A DNA stretch of 64,000 nt. Source: Pseudovirgaria hyperparasitica (Eukaryota). Below, piece after piece: positions 26,735 to 37,489 of this stretch; the first letter of the stretch is position 1; the number at the start of each line of letters is the position of its first letter. The notes beneath the pieces were generated by a model. The model made no database searches, had not been told where the DNA came from, and worked only from the letters and a program-made list of their open reading frames with translations. Position numbers and translations under genes: made by a program. The stretch is from NCBI GenBank assembly GCA_010093815.1, contig ML996565.1. The stretch is one strand, 5' to 3'.

Positions 26735-26923
26735 CCTGGAATATCCTTTAAATAGTGACAAGCAGAACACTGAGGGAATGCGCTGACGTGGAAGAATCAT
26801 CCGATGAACTGGAAATATATTCATCTGTTGGAGATTGGCTTGTGCCTGGGGAAGGAGACCTAGACATAAATATTGACGTCACTGTTGCCACGAGCGGCCG
26901 GGAAAAGAGATGTTTCACTAACT

Positions 26924-27079
26924 AGCATCCGTCTATAACCTTTTCAGCGCGACTCTTGGCACGTGTTACATATATAATATACATATTCTTATATTCTTAA
27001 AACCTATATTTTTTTAATAACTCTAATATTATATGTATAATATGGTATGAGTCGCGTTAAAAAGTTATAGGTAGATACT
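26924..27079. mobile_element. Degenerate MITE-like element with ~32-bp terminal inverted repeats
   Basis: Left arm 26924-26955 vs reverse complement of 27049-27079: 25/32 identical, one gap, all substitutions transitions; AT-rich core. Confidence 0.55.
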
Positions 27080-27270
27080 CTACTTCGTTCGATAGAACTA
27101 GTCTAAATTAGTTAGAAAAAGAAGATTCTAAATAGCTCTAGGTAGAGAGACAAGTAGTCCCTTATAAATCTACTATAGCAAAATTAAGATGAATATTTAA
27201 ATTCTTACTAGGATTGAAACCATAGCACTTTATTTTTTTTCTCTTTATCTAAAATTTAAAGTATAAGTAT

Positions 27271-27801
27271 CTACAGGATTATCGTCTCAATATTGGTAGA
27301 AACATTGCCTTGTGTAGCTTTGCTATACGGGCAGATCTCCTTCGTTTTGGCAACAACCTTGTCCAAATCCTCTTTGCTAATACCCTTGACCTTTACTTTC
27401 ATATCAACCCGGATCCCCAAATCGACCGCCTTCATATCCCCAATCAGATGGACGGCCGTCTCAACGATACTGTCTTGTGTCTTCGTGGGCAGCTTGACAC
27501 CAAGCTGCGAGGCCGCAATGTTCATGGCGGATTGGAAACACGCGCCGTACCCTGCCGCGAATAATTCCTCGGGGTTTGTCTTTCCGCCGGCGCCTCCCAG
27601 GCTCTTAGGCGTTGCAAGATCGGTGGTGAGACCCTCGCTCTGGATGTGTCCATTTCTTGCGCCTGTAACGCTAGCATGGGCTGTATAGAGGATGGGAGAC
27701 GTGTCCTTGTTAAGATGGCGTCGCACAATGGTCGTTCGGACGGCTGGGGCGCGCTGTGCGCAGCGGCGTGGCAGCGTTTGGATAAGGCGGTTTAATGACA
27801 T
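27271..27801 (-). CDS. ohr: Organic hydroperoxide resistance protein (Ohr/OsmC family) with probable mitochondrial presequence
   Basis: TNPEELFAAGYGACF and CPYSKATQGN catalytic Cys motifs, TGARNG Arg loop; Arg-rich acid-free N-terminal ~30 aa. Confidence 0.9.
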   Translation of the reverse strand: MSLNRLIQTLPRRCAQRAPAVRTTIVRRHLNKDTSPILYTAHASVTGARNGHIQSEGLTTDLATPKSLGGAGGKTNPEELFAAGYGACFQSAMNIAASQLGVKLPTKTQDSIVETAVHLIGDMKAVDLGIRVDMKVKVKGISKEDLDKVVAKTKEICPYSKATQGNVSTNIETIIL

Positions 27802-27961
27802 TATGGCGGACGAATTGGGGTTGGAAAAGGTGAGAAAGGTCGTAGATGCTTATGTACACGTATATATGTCACTGCTAAAAGCTATAGTCAGTTGAAGAAC
27901 CTATTAATAAGCCACTTTACTAATATATCATGTGATTTAAGTACCACCTTAAATAGATTCG

Positions 27962-28016
27962 GTCCTTTTAGTGTAGTGGTTAGTGTGTAGACCTCTAATC
28001 CTTATAATAAATCTAA
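27962..28016 (+). pseudogene. Truncated tRNA relic (5' half and anticodon arm only)
   Basis: GTCCTTT-TA-GTGT-AGTGGTTA-GTGT-G-TAGAC-CTCTAA..ATCTA fits tRNA positions 1-43 with a short intron; no T-arm or B-box follows. Confidence 0.4.
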
Positions 28017-28215
28017 ACTCTTTTGACATATCTCTCATATATTATAAATTAGATTACCTATAAACGGAAGATAGGCAATTTAGGCTATGTGTATTCCAAC
28101 AATGCCTAGTATAATATATACAGGGACGAGTTCTAAATGTAAGTCTCGCAGCCTCTCTACATTAGCGCTTCGTATATCTCATACCGCCATCATCTATAGA
28201 ACATCAGCCATATTC

Positions 28216-28977
28216 ATGAACATGGCCCTTGTTCCCCTTGGTATCTTCTACGGCGGCGTCATGACCGGTATACCAGTCGTGACCGGCGTAGCCGAGGGTG
28301 TGCACCACCAGAGGAACCAGAACGCCGAAGCTGCAGACGACACCCGAATGGTGAAATTCTACCTCGACAGCTTCTGCACGCCCAACACGCCGCAAGGGCG
28401 CGAAGTCAACGCCAGCATCGTCGTCCTTCGCGGCGATCGACTATGGCTGTCTCCGACGGACGAGACATCAGGACTGCCCGTGGACGGTTCGCATCATCCC
28501 TTTACGGGGTTCTACATACAATACCCGGACGAGGAGCGTTCGCCGCCACAGCGTGGCTTGGTCAGTACGATATCCGTGGATCCGCCGATGTTGAACTGGA
28601 TTTATGTGGACAGGGAGACGCTGGGCTTGCGATATGGCAATCGCACTGCGTCGATAGCACATGTTGTTGGGCCGTGGGATTGGACGGATGATGAGGTTGG
28701 TGTTACGCTCGAGGGGTGGGAAGGATTCTGCGCGGTTGAGGTGCCAGAGGAGGACAGATTGGATGGTCTGAAGTGGGCCTTGTACTATGACATCGATAAT
28801 GATAAGATGGGTGGAGGGGAAATGGTTGGAGGAGCCACGGTACTACAGGTTAGTCTGGAGAGAAGGATACTACCAGAAGATCTAAGAAGGCAACAGGAGG
28901 AGGCGGCGGACCAGAAGATGCAGGTAACAAGTCATGGAGATATGAAGGCACAGTGGGGTGGAAAAGCAGTAAGTTGA
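28216..28977 (+). CDS. Conserved fungal hypothetical protein
   Basis: GC-rich intact ORF inside AT-rich flanks; HPFTGFY, GLVSTISVDPPMLNWIYVD, VGPWDWT, LEGWEGFCAVE. Confidence 0.75.
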   Translation: MNMALVPLGIFYGGVMTGIPVVTGVAEGVHHQRNQNAEAADDTRMVKFYLDSFCTPNTPQGREVNASIVVLRGDRLWLSPTDETSGLPVDGSHHPFTGFYIQYPDEERSPPQRGLVSTISVDPPMLNWIYVDRETLGLRYGNRTASIAHVVGPWDWTDDEVGVTLEGWEGFCAVEVPEEDRLDGLKWALYYDIDNDKMGGGEMVGGATVLQVSLERRILPEDLRRQQEEAADQKMQVTSHGDMKAQWGGKAVS

Positions 28978-29437
28978 ACTATGATCATATAGATAATGTT
29001 ATGTACTAGTAGAATTACAATAATGATCATTTATTAAATTTATTACAGCGAGGCATTAAAATGTATATAGGGCATGAGGATATCTCTCTCGGATAAGGCC
29101 GTGGTTGAATTAATTAATATATTCGTAAAAGGTGGTTTTCAAGTCGTGATTTTGGTGAGGGCGCTAATTAGCGGGCGCTAGATATATATAGTCTTCATAT
29201 ATCTTTTCTAAAGATAATTCTTATATTACTTCTACACTTTTAATCCTCTTATTCAAATTATTACCCTTATGATCTGTATCTAATCAATGCATCGTCTGAC
29301 TTTTACATCCAATAGCATAGATCTAAAATTCACCAAAGATCAAACTTGTGGTTGAACTAGCAACTACATTCAAGCCACGACTCACACCCATCCCCAGACA
29401 GCACTCATCAAACAGTGAGCACCCTCGCCGAGTCACC

Positions 29438-30874
29438 ATGACCGCTGAGAACGCGGCCCTCCAAACACTCGGAGTGGTGGGGCAATGGATCTGGGGCGAT
29501 GACGAAGAAGACGTGGTATTCGCCCAGGCCTACGGGCATGAGAGAACTCTGACATTCCGCCTGACGCGAGACACCAGCAATCCAGCCAAGTCGTCTCTAG
29601 CAACACGAATCGTGAACGGCTTCCACGATGTCGAAGTGGACGATCCACAAGCTACCTTTGTCGAACGTGCCGATATGCGCCGTGCGATATGGAATGCAGT
29701 CGCTCAGGTCTGGGACAAGTGCAGCCAGCAGGCTACTGTCACGGATCCGGATGCCATCATTGACCTTTTGGACGCCGACCTGGCAAACGACAGTCGCAGG
29801 GTGACTTGGCGGATCTGTCATGAGCCAAAGTTCGACGACTTCATCGGCTTGCTATTGCCGGTCAGCAAACTGTCCGTCGGAGACGCTGTTCAGTTAGTGG
29901 GCTTCGAAGAGCTTGTGTTGTCTCAACAGCTCGGCGGCAAAGGCTGTGCCACTCTCGCACACACGGCCTCGGATCCCACGACTCTACTAGTCTTCAAGGG
30001 TGTTGATTTCCGGACATTTCTACACACCTACGAAAGCGGACACGTGAACGAGGTGGTCAGAAGCTTCTACCATAGCATCGAGCTTCTCAATCACATGCCG
30101 CCCCATCCCAACATCCTGCCTCCAGCACAAACCCTCGTCACTCTCGCAAACACTCACACTCGCACACCTGTTGTATGCGGAACCCTTTACCCCTACCTAG
30201 CGAATGGATCAATAAGCGACTACATCGAGCGAAGCAACCAATCCGGCGAAGAGATTCCACTGCTTCTCAAAGCTCAATGGTGCCACCAGATGTCCTCAGC
30301 AGTCGCACACGTCCACCACGAAGGACATACCTACCACATGGACCTCAAACCCGGCAACTTTCTCCTCGACCGAGACCTGAACGCCGTGCTAATCGACTGG
30401 GAACAAGACGACGCCCCCATCTCAACAGCAGCTCCCGAGATCGACGGTACATGGGACGTCGAAGAGGTGACTCTCGACTCCAGACCCCTTCTGCGCTACA
30501 CCAAGTACGCAGGACCCGCACGCCGCAACACCGCAGCAACCACACCAGGAACAAACGGGTGGAACACATGGAACGTCTTCCCGGTCTGGACAAGAGAATG
30601 CCCACGCGCAGCGGAGCTAGCAGAGGTCTTCAGCCTCGGCCGCAGCATGTGGATGGTTCTCAGCGAGCCGACGGGCGCAACGTTCGAGGATATCTCAAGC
30701 TCAGACGAAGTCGTGGTAGATTGGCAGCACGGGCACGGGCACAACCTCCCAGCGGCCTGGATCGCCGTGGTGAATACATGCGTCGACTCCGATCCCAACA
30801 AACGGCCCAGCCTGGCCTACCTCGAGCGGTTCTGGGAATCTCAGTACCGGCAACTTCGCACGCCACTGGCTTGA
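29438..30874 (+). CDS. Protein kinase-like protein (atypical fungal kinase)
   Basis: LGGKG loop, LVFKG (beta3 Lys), HPNIL, HMDLKPGNFLL catalytic loop, IDWEQ, APE, EVFSLG, DPNKRPS. Confidence 0.85.
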   Translation: MTAENAALQTLGVVGQWIWGDDEEDVVFAQAYGHERTLTFRLTRDTSNPAKSSLATRIVNGFHDVEVDDPQATFVERADMRRAIWNAVAQVWDKCSQQATVTDPDAIIDLLDADLANDSRRVTWRICHEPKFDDFIGLLLPVSKLSVGDAVQLVGFEELVLSQQLGGKGCATLAHTASDPTTLLVFKGVDFRTFLHTYESGHVNEVVRSFYHSIELLNHMPPHPNILPPAQTLVTLANTHTRTPVVCGTLYPYLANGSISDYIERSNQSGEEIPLLLKAQWCHQMSSAVAHVHHEGHTYHMDLKPGNFLLDRDLNAVLIDWEQDDAPISTAAPEIDGTWDVEEVTLDSRPLLRYTKYAGPARRNTAATTPGTNGWNTWNVFPVWTRECPRAAELAEVFSLGRSMWMVLSEPTGATFEDISSSDEVVVDWQHGHGHNLPAAWIAVVNTCVDSDPNKRPSLAYLERFWESQYRQLRTPLA

Positions 30875-31541
30875 GAGAGCGCGCGCACGGAAACACTTGT
30901 TGTGTGGAAGGCACACAGATTCGATTGTACGTACGTACGGGGGGGGACGACCCCTTGCCCTGTCTGTTTGGATTGTTCGGCTTTGTTCGGGAATCGGGAG
31001 GGTTACAATGGGTCGTAAGTATCCTACACCAGCATCATACATTGCATACATTGTTGTTAGTCGTCGGGTGCTCGTTCTATTGTTCTACTGCTAATAATAG
31101 GAAAGACTGCCCCATTCCGAGCATTTCCGCCAGCGTCGACGCCCGATGTCGATAAGCTGTTTAGCCAGCGTCACGTAGCTATAACTCCCAAATCGGTGCG
31201 TAAAAGACAGCCATTCAACTCCGTCCCACCATCCTTGAAGGATAGTAGATTGATAGATAGAAGCCCGCGACTTGCCACCGCATAATTCCGCAGCTCTGGT
31301 CCGTCTTCAAAATTCGCACACCGGCAGAACGCTATGTGTGTATATCAGACAAGCAGGCATCCGACCACAGAGGCGGGGGGCGGGCGGGCGGGCGAGCGGG
31401 CTTCTCATTCCTAAGAGCTGAGATAGAAACACGATTCATAATTATACCCCGTCTCCATCTCGTCATCTCGAATCAAAGCTGCTGCCTCTCCCTCTCCCCA
31501 CACACCGACCCACTCAGAACAAAACAAATCCAAAGTCAAAA

Positions 31542-32267
31542 CTAATCCATGGTAAGACTCCCCGGCCATTCCCGCCACGCACGAGCACTAATCTCCGAAT
31601 CAAACCACGGTGACTCCTTCATATGATTCCGGACCGGTAACCTCTCCTTAAACTTACTATACAGGCGCAACGCCAACAACGCGTTGGCATCATTGCAAGC
31701 CTTCTTGCGCAGGTCCTTCAACTTACAGATGCGCACGGTACTGACTTTATTATCGCTGTGGTTCTCCAGAAAGTCGAAGTAAGCCTCATGAATATTGCGG
31801 GCGTGGAAGAAGATCCGGACGTTTTCGTCGCAGGCACCGGCGGACGGGTCCTTTGCGTTGTGGGATTGGAGAAGGTCTTTGTTGGAGACGGGGTTAAGGG
31901 GGTCAGAGTGGGAGAAGGACTTGAGCGAGCCATCGCCGCCGGCGGCGAGATCGGTCAGGTCTGTCATCTCCTTTCTAGATATGACGAGGCCGAAACTTTT
32001 TTGGAGACCGTTCATGACCTCGCCGCGTAGTCCCAAGTGGTGGTCGATCATGCCGGTGGGGATGAGATATTGTTTGGGATCTTGTTTGGGATCTTGTTCA
32101 ATGAGGACAACCCATGGGTCGGGTTTTTTTTTACTTTTTCTAGAGGGAAAACAAGGAAAACGGGACTTGGTGGGTTTGCCGTGTTTGTCGTTGGATTCGG
32201 GAGATCGGACGATTACCTTTGAAGACATAAGTGTGGTGCGTGACATGAAAGAAACGAGAGATTGCAA
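31542..32267 (-). CDS. Hypothetical protein (ATG start probably near 32246)
   Basis: 241-codon frame with coding-like composition; no family recognised. Confidence 0.5.
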   Translation of the reverse strand: MQSLVSFMSRTTLMSSKVIVRSPESNDKHGKPTKSRFPCFPSRKSKKKPDPWVVLIEQDPKQDPKQYLIPTGMIDHHLGLRGEVMNGLQKSFGLVISRKEMTDLTDLAAGGDGSLKSFSHSDPLNPVSNKDLLQSHNAKDPSAGACDENVRIFFHARNIHEAYFDFLENHSDNKVSTVRICKLKDLRKKACNDANALLALRLYSKFKERLPVRNHMKESPWFDSEISARAWREWPGSLTMD

Positions 32268-33150
32268 GGATGAAGAGGTACTTTTCTGGTAAAGGCTGGG
32301 TGGGATATGCTTACAAGTATGGCGACCTTTGGTTGTCCCGAAGATTCACTCATCGTTTCGCTGTAATGTCAGCTACGGCTCCAGTTCTCGAAAGTCAAGT
32401 TGCTGTATTGGGGCGAAGACGCAGGAGAGGATATGTTGAGTATCCGAAAGCATAACAGACGTGGGATACTTAAATATTCTAGCTTTGGGCAGCTCGCACG
32501 GGCAGCAGGTATCTGGACAAAGAGATCGCCTTGGTGTTGAGCTCGAGAATGAGAAAAGTCCTCCTGCTGGAAAACAGTGTCTGGATGGCGAATGGAATGG
32601 AATGTGCCAGACTCGTACCAGCATGCAGGCTGATCGCCCAAGATACTGGCCAGCGAAAAAATAATCATGATTACCATATTATGAAGATTCGAGTGAGGTC
32701 AAAACAAGAGTGAGTTCGGTTGGGATGAAGTGGACCAGACCTGCGGGAAGTGGTACCCGCAGTCTTAGGGTGCCTAAGGAATGTGACGTGCTTAGCGCGC
32801 CGGGAGGTTGAGGTGACATGCGAAACACTACGTGTACTTCAGAAGCGGGTTCCTTTGAAGAGTCGTTATTTTTCTATCTCTAGTAGTCATCGCGTGGATC
32901 GAGGTGGAGTATATGGCTACATGTGCAGCGAGCCGACCGGAACAAAGGATCGACCGGATATATGTTACAGGCGCTATGCAAAAATCCAAATCGTGCTATG
33001 CATCAAGGAAGAAACTCCACCGACAACGCCATGCCGCTAAATTGCAGACTGAGAAATGAAGCAGACGTGCTTCCTGCGTGCTGTTCGCTAGGTTGCTGTA
33101 CAAATCATGAATGGTGATGCTTTCTTACCGAGAGCCCGTCGTTACGCCGA

Positions 33151-34355
33151 CTACATTTCCACAATGTCGACTTCAGAGGAATATTCCTCCATGTTATGTG
33201 CTTTGCCAATGTGGGACACGAGCACTTCTGGATCCTTGCAGAGCGCATCAAAGTCGCGCGTTTTGTGGCAAAGAAGGCAGGCGAAACCTCCGCTTTCGGT
33301 GTGGCATTTGACCACCAAGCGAGGACCGATTTCGAAGACGTGCTCCTCAATGATTTCTTCCTGTCGGCCATTTCGAGACACGAGCACAGGCAGACGCTTA
33401 CGAATCTTCCACCTATCTTGGCTGTTGACACTCACACGGATGTGGCAATCGGGACAGCAGCCATCGCCTCGGCCAGCATCGAATGCGCCGGCCAGAGCAC
33501 GGCGAGGCATGTCCTGGAGGTCCATGGCGTACGGGCAAAACAGGGAATTGGCAGGATTGGGACGCTTGGGAGGTGCAAGTGAAAGGTCTTCTAGGCCACT
33601 GGTGATCCTCAGTCGCTCTGATGCAGCAGGTGCAAGTGATATACGGCGGTCATCCTGACCAGCTTGACGTTGGTATTGCGAGCGAAGAGCCTCCAAGGTA
33701 TTATCGCGTGCCATGTCGGAAGCCATGGCAAGCTTGTCGATGTCGCGCTGACTCAGCTGACGGCCACTGTTGACAGCATCTTGAAGAACATTAATGACAG
33801 TCTGCTGCAGTTGGATAATCTGTTTCTGTAAGGCATTCTCGGTAACGACTACTCCAGTGTCAGTTTTGCAGTCAATCCAACACTAGAGGCAAGCGCCAGC
33901 CAGGCGAGTGTTTCACGTACGGTCACCTCCAGCAAAGCGGTCACCTAGGCGGGCAAAGCCATTGTTGAACTCTCGTTGTATCATCTGGCCAGATTGATCC
34001 AAAGAGCTGACGAGATTGTCAGCGCGTGGGGAGTCGTCACGACGGGCATCATTCTTGCCGCCTTTCTTCAGGTCTTTGATCTCATCCTTGAGCTCTTTGA
34101 TGGCATCGTTTTGCTGCTCGTCCTTTTTGTGCTGCTTGCGCTTCTCGCCGAGACGTTCGTAGAGGTTGTGGGAGGAGGTGAAGGTACCGATGAGGGTAGA
34201 GACAAGGGTAGCGACGATGAAGGTTTTCTTGACGTTGCTGTCACTAAAATGACCACCACCGAGATCGAGATTCATGATGAGCTGACCTTGAGATTTTTTT
34301 CCTCAATCATGCTCGAGTAGGACATACTCGGCACGGGAGGGGCGGCGAGTGGCAT
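33151..34355 (-). CDS. Conserved fungal hypothetical protein with C-terminal Cys/His motifs; at least 1 intron, start uncertain (34355 or 34275)
   Basis: Exon 34275-~33920 (coiled coil, GFARLGDRFAGGD) continues into the 33151 frame (FCPYAMDLQ, CPDC, VKCH..FACLLC..HIGKAH). Confidence 0.72.
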
Positions 34356-35778
34356 TTTAGCGGTGAGCGAACAGCGCAATGTTGTAAATTAGACAAACGC
34401 AGTGAACAGACGTTTTAGTAGCTAGCAGAAGCTCGGACTATTTTTGTTGGGCATGCCAGTTGGGTGCTCAATGACTGAATCGGGTAGATTGAGGACAACA
34501 GAGCGATAAGGGAGCGATGGGTTCCTTGGCGTAACTGTGGAGGAGGCTGGCGGGAGGGAGGTGGAAGATGATGGTTGGACTCGTTGGAGAAGCAGGTGGA
34601 GAAGAGTGGTGGGAAAAGGAAGAAGACAAAAGGTAGGAGAGTGGAGCGAGAGTATTTTACAGGGCAGAGTAGAGAGGAAAGGCGATGTTAACAGTTTCAG
34701 GGATAGAGAGGTTTCTTAGAGAGCAGAGAGAGATTGGAGCGACGGGATTGGGGAATTTGAGTGAGGAATGAATTTGGGTGGGCATGGGCGTAATAGGGAT
34801 TTCGGCTTGACCTCGTTCGTTTTGTTGGTTTCAGGACAAGAATAGGCTCTTGGGGCGGCGCCGACGTGAAGTCCCGGCGACGATCGAGAGTGGGAGACGG
34901 GAGTAAGGGAGGGGGGATTGTTGGGTGGCCGATATTGAATGACTCCAGCATCACTTTCCCCTCCAGCTTCACCTTCACTTTCATCATCATCGTCATTCAC
35001 CGCAAGTTGGGGTGAAGATGCCAATTGGCCTATGCGAATCTACCGTGTCTGTTTCGGTGATGTGATACAGTATAGTAAGTAGCTTGTGCATGATCTGAGG
35101 CAGAGGCAGCGTGATGTCATTTTATGTCGCAAGCCATGCATTAGTGGCTAAGTACTAGGTAGTTGGGGCAGGTCCACCACCAGCGTGCAGTGCAGGAGGT
35201 CCCACCGCTGCATCTCCAACTCCAGCTTCGTCTGTCTTCTTCTTCGTCTTGCTCCTCGATACTGGCAGTCTCATATAGATAGGTGCTCATGTCAATCAAC
35301 AACAACGAATGCCTCTTTATGAGATTGGAGAGATCTATCTGCCTCTGCCTAACTGTTGTTGTTGTCGTCGTCGTCGTCGCTCCGTCGCTTTGACGTTCTG
35401 TATCGTATCCACATATCATTGCGCAGCTGCAACAAACCCCGACTTTTACAGTTGAAACCCGACTTGACCTGCATTCTGCAGCTGAGCATGCCAACTGTCG
35501 TTCCATGCATAAATAAATACCAAGTGACTTGCCCAGTTTAAGTAAGGGGGCGGTGGTGGAACTGGGGCTGGGACTGGGGCTTGGTGGAGCTGCTGAGCCT
35601 GCCCTGCTGCCCCCCGAGGTGGATTTGACTATGTAGTAAATGGGCTAAGCTTAAGGTAATTAGTGCCATGAAGGATACCACCTCCACCTGTCCGTCGGGC
35701 ACCTACTAATTAATTACCTGGCTAGCTTAATTCCCTTTCCTACCAACCAACCCTACTACAGTAAGCATATTACCAACC

Positions 35779-35829
35779 TCCAGCTCATGTCCAGCTCAAG
35801 TCCAGCTCATGTCCAGCACAAGTCCAGCA
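35779..35829 (+). repeat. 11-bp minisatellite (TCCAGCTCA[T/A]G), ~4.5 copies
   Basis: Directly visible tandem copies. Confidence 0.85.
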
Positions 35830-37489
35830 TACCTGTCCATATGGGCCGTAGAATAACTGCCTAGAGTCATTACTGTGTCTACTGCTTCATCCCGCCCTCG
35901 CCCCACGCCATCATCCATGGATGCCTCCACGCCCTCCACGCCTCTACCCGGCTAAACGTGCCTTTTGCTCAAGGAATGAATATCTCTCGTACATGTCTAC
36001 GGCCAGCATTCAATCAATGTTACATGTTAAATTACTCTCTAATACTCCTCAGAAACTCTCCAGCATTCTTGGAACTTTGTTTCCGCGCGTCTGAAGCCAG
36101 CCAGGACTACCCAGCTTATATGAGTCTGATCATCTTGACATAATACTCCTAAATGGCTACCTACACACAAACTGTACGTGGCTTTGCATTATACATGAAA
36201 CATCATGCATCTGCCTCATCCATCTACTGTTACTAAACATGTCTTTCGTCTCACCCGTGTCAGCATCCTGACCAGCCCTAGACCCGGCACACCAGATGTA
36301 TGTACCCTATAGGTAATGTGGAATAAACTTGTACTCAATCTACCTTTCGGCGCACCCACTCCGGGTATCCGACAATTCTCTTTTCCACCTCTCGAGCCGG
36401 CATTCCACCTCCTCAACTTCCTCTACACCGCCAACCTGCACCACACGGCCACCAGCCAGCCAGCCTTAGCCTGTGACTCGCGAGACAAATCATCTGTTCA
36501 GGTGTGTATCTCCACGACTCAACTTCATCGCCCTTGCGTCCTCGCAGAGGTCGTGCCGTCAGCCTGCATGAGTAGGATTCTGTCAGGCCGCCACCTCCTC
36601 CATTTTGCTGTACAGTGACGACGGCCGTCATCTTCTTACCCAGTGTCAGTATAGTTAATCGCGCACTGCTTTCTCGCCCATTCGCCCACTCTCCAACCCT
36701 TCTCTGCTTGGACGAAGCTTAGACTCGTCCTCCTGCCGCTCTTCTCCTCTGCATCCTTCAGTCGGAACAAGCAGCGGTAACCACTGACTGAATGCCTCAA
36801 ACAACCCACAAAGACGATCCTATCATCGTCTCTAGTCAACATAGCATCACTCCGACTCCACACTTCCATGGAAGTCATCTGATGGCTACATGCTCTTTCA
36901 ATTGCCCTTGCCTCTGCCACCCTACTATATACACACACACATGGCGCAGCATGGACTAGTTTCGCTCTCGAACCAATCAACAAAGCAGTCATGACCACTG
37001 TTAACATGTGACTGATCCGTGTCCCTTCAGAAGAGCTAGCTTTCGGCCTGTACCGCTGTCACGGCCCGCTATCATGGCATTCCTGACTCCTTCTTCCCGC
37101 ATCGTTCTAGCCCTCGTGTCCTTTCCTACTCACAAGCCTAGAATTGATAGGCTGCTGCAGATACACACCCTCGACCCTTACTTGGGTCTGAATCTCACAT
37201 GTCTATGCTGGCGACTAATTATACCGAATAACGATGAACGGTATCACAGCTGGTGCACCAGCAGCATGAACTTTCGGTTCTTGTCGGCAACTTCCCCGAC
37301 GTGGCCTGACAGATATTTCCGATCCATAATTAGTAGAACAGCGACAATATGCAAGAACGTCCGTCTTCGCACCATATCATCACTATTGCATCAATGAATT
37401 ACGTCTTCCAATGATCTGACGAGTCAACTGCATATTCGACGTCATCTTCCAAGATCCTCCAAACCCGACACAGGATCACTGAGCCTTAA

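Noticed and set aside
30175..31155. 326-aa overlapping ORF in an alternate frame of the kinase
   Set aside because: Arg/Pro-rich off-frame translation typical of GC-rich coding DNA
36340..37007. Possible multi-exon orphan gene on minus strand
   Set aside because: A GTAAGA donor is present but no convincing acceptor or consistent frame could be built
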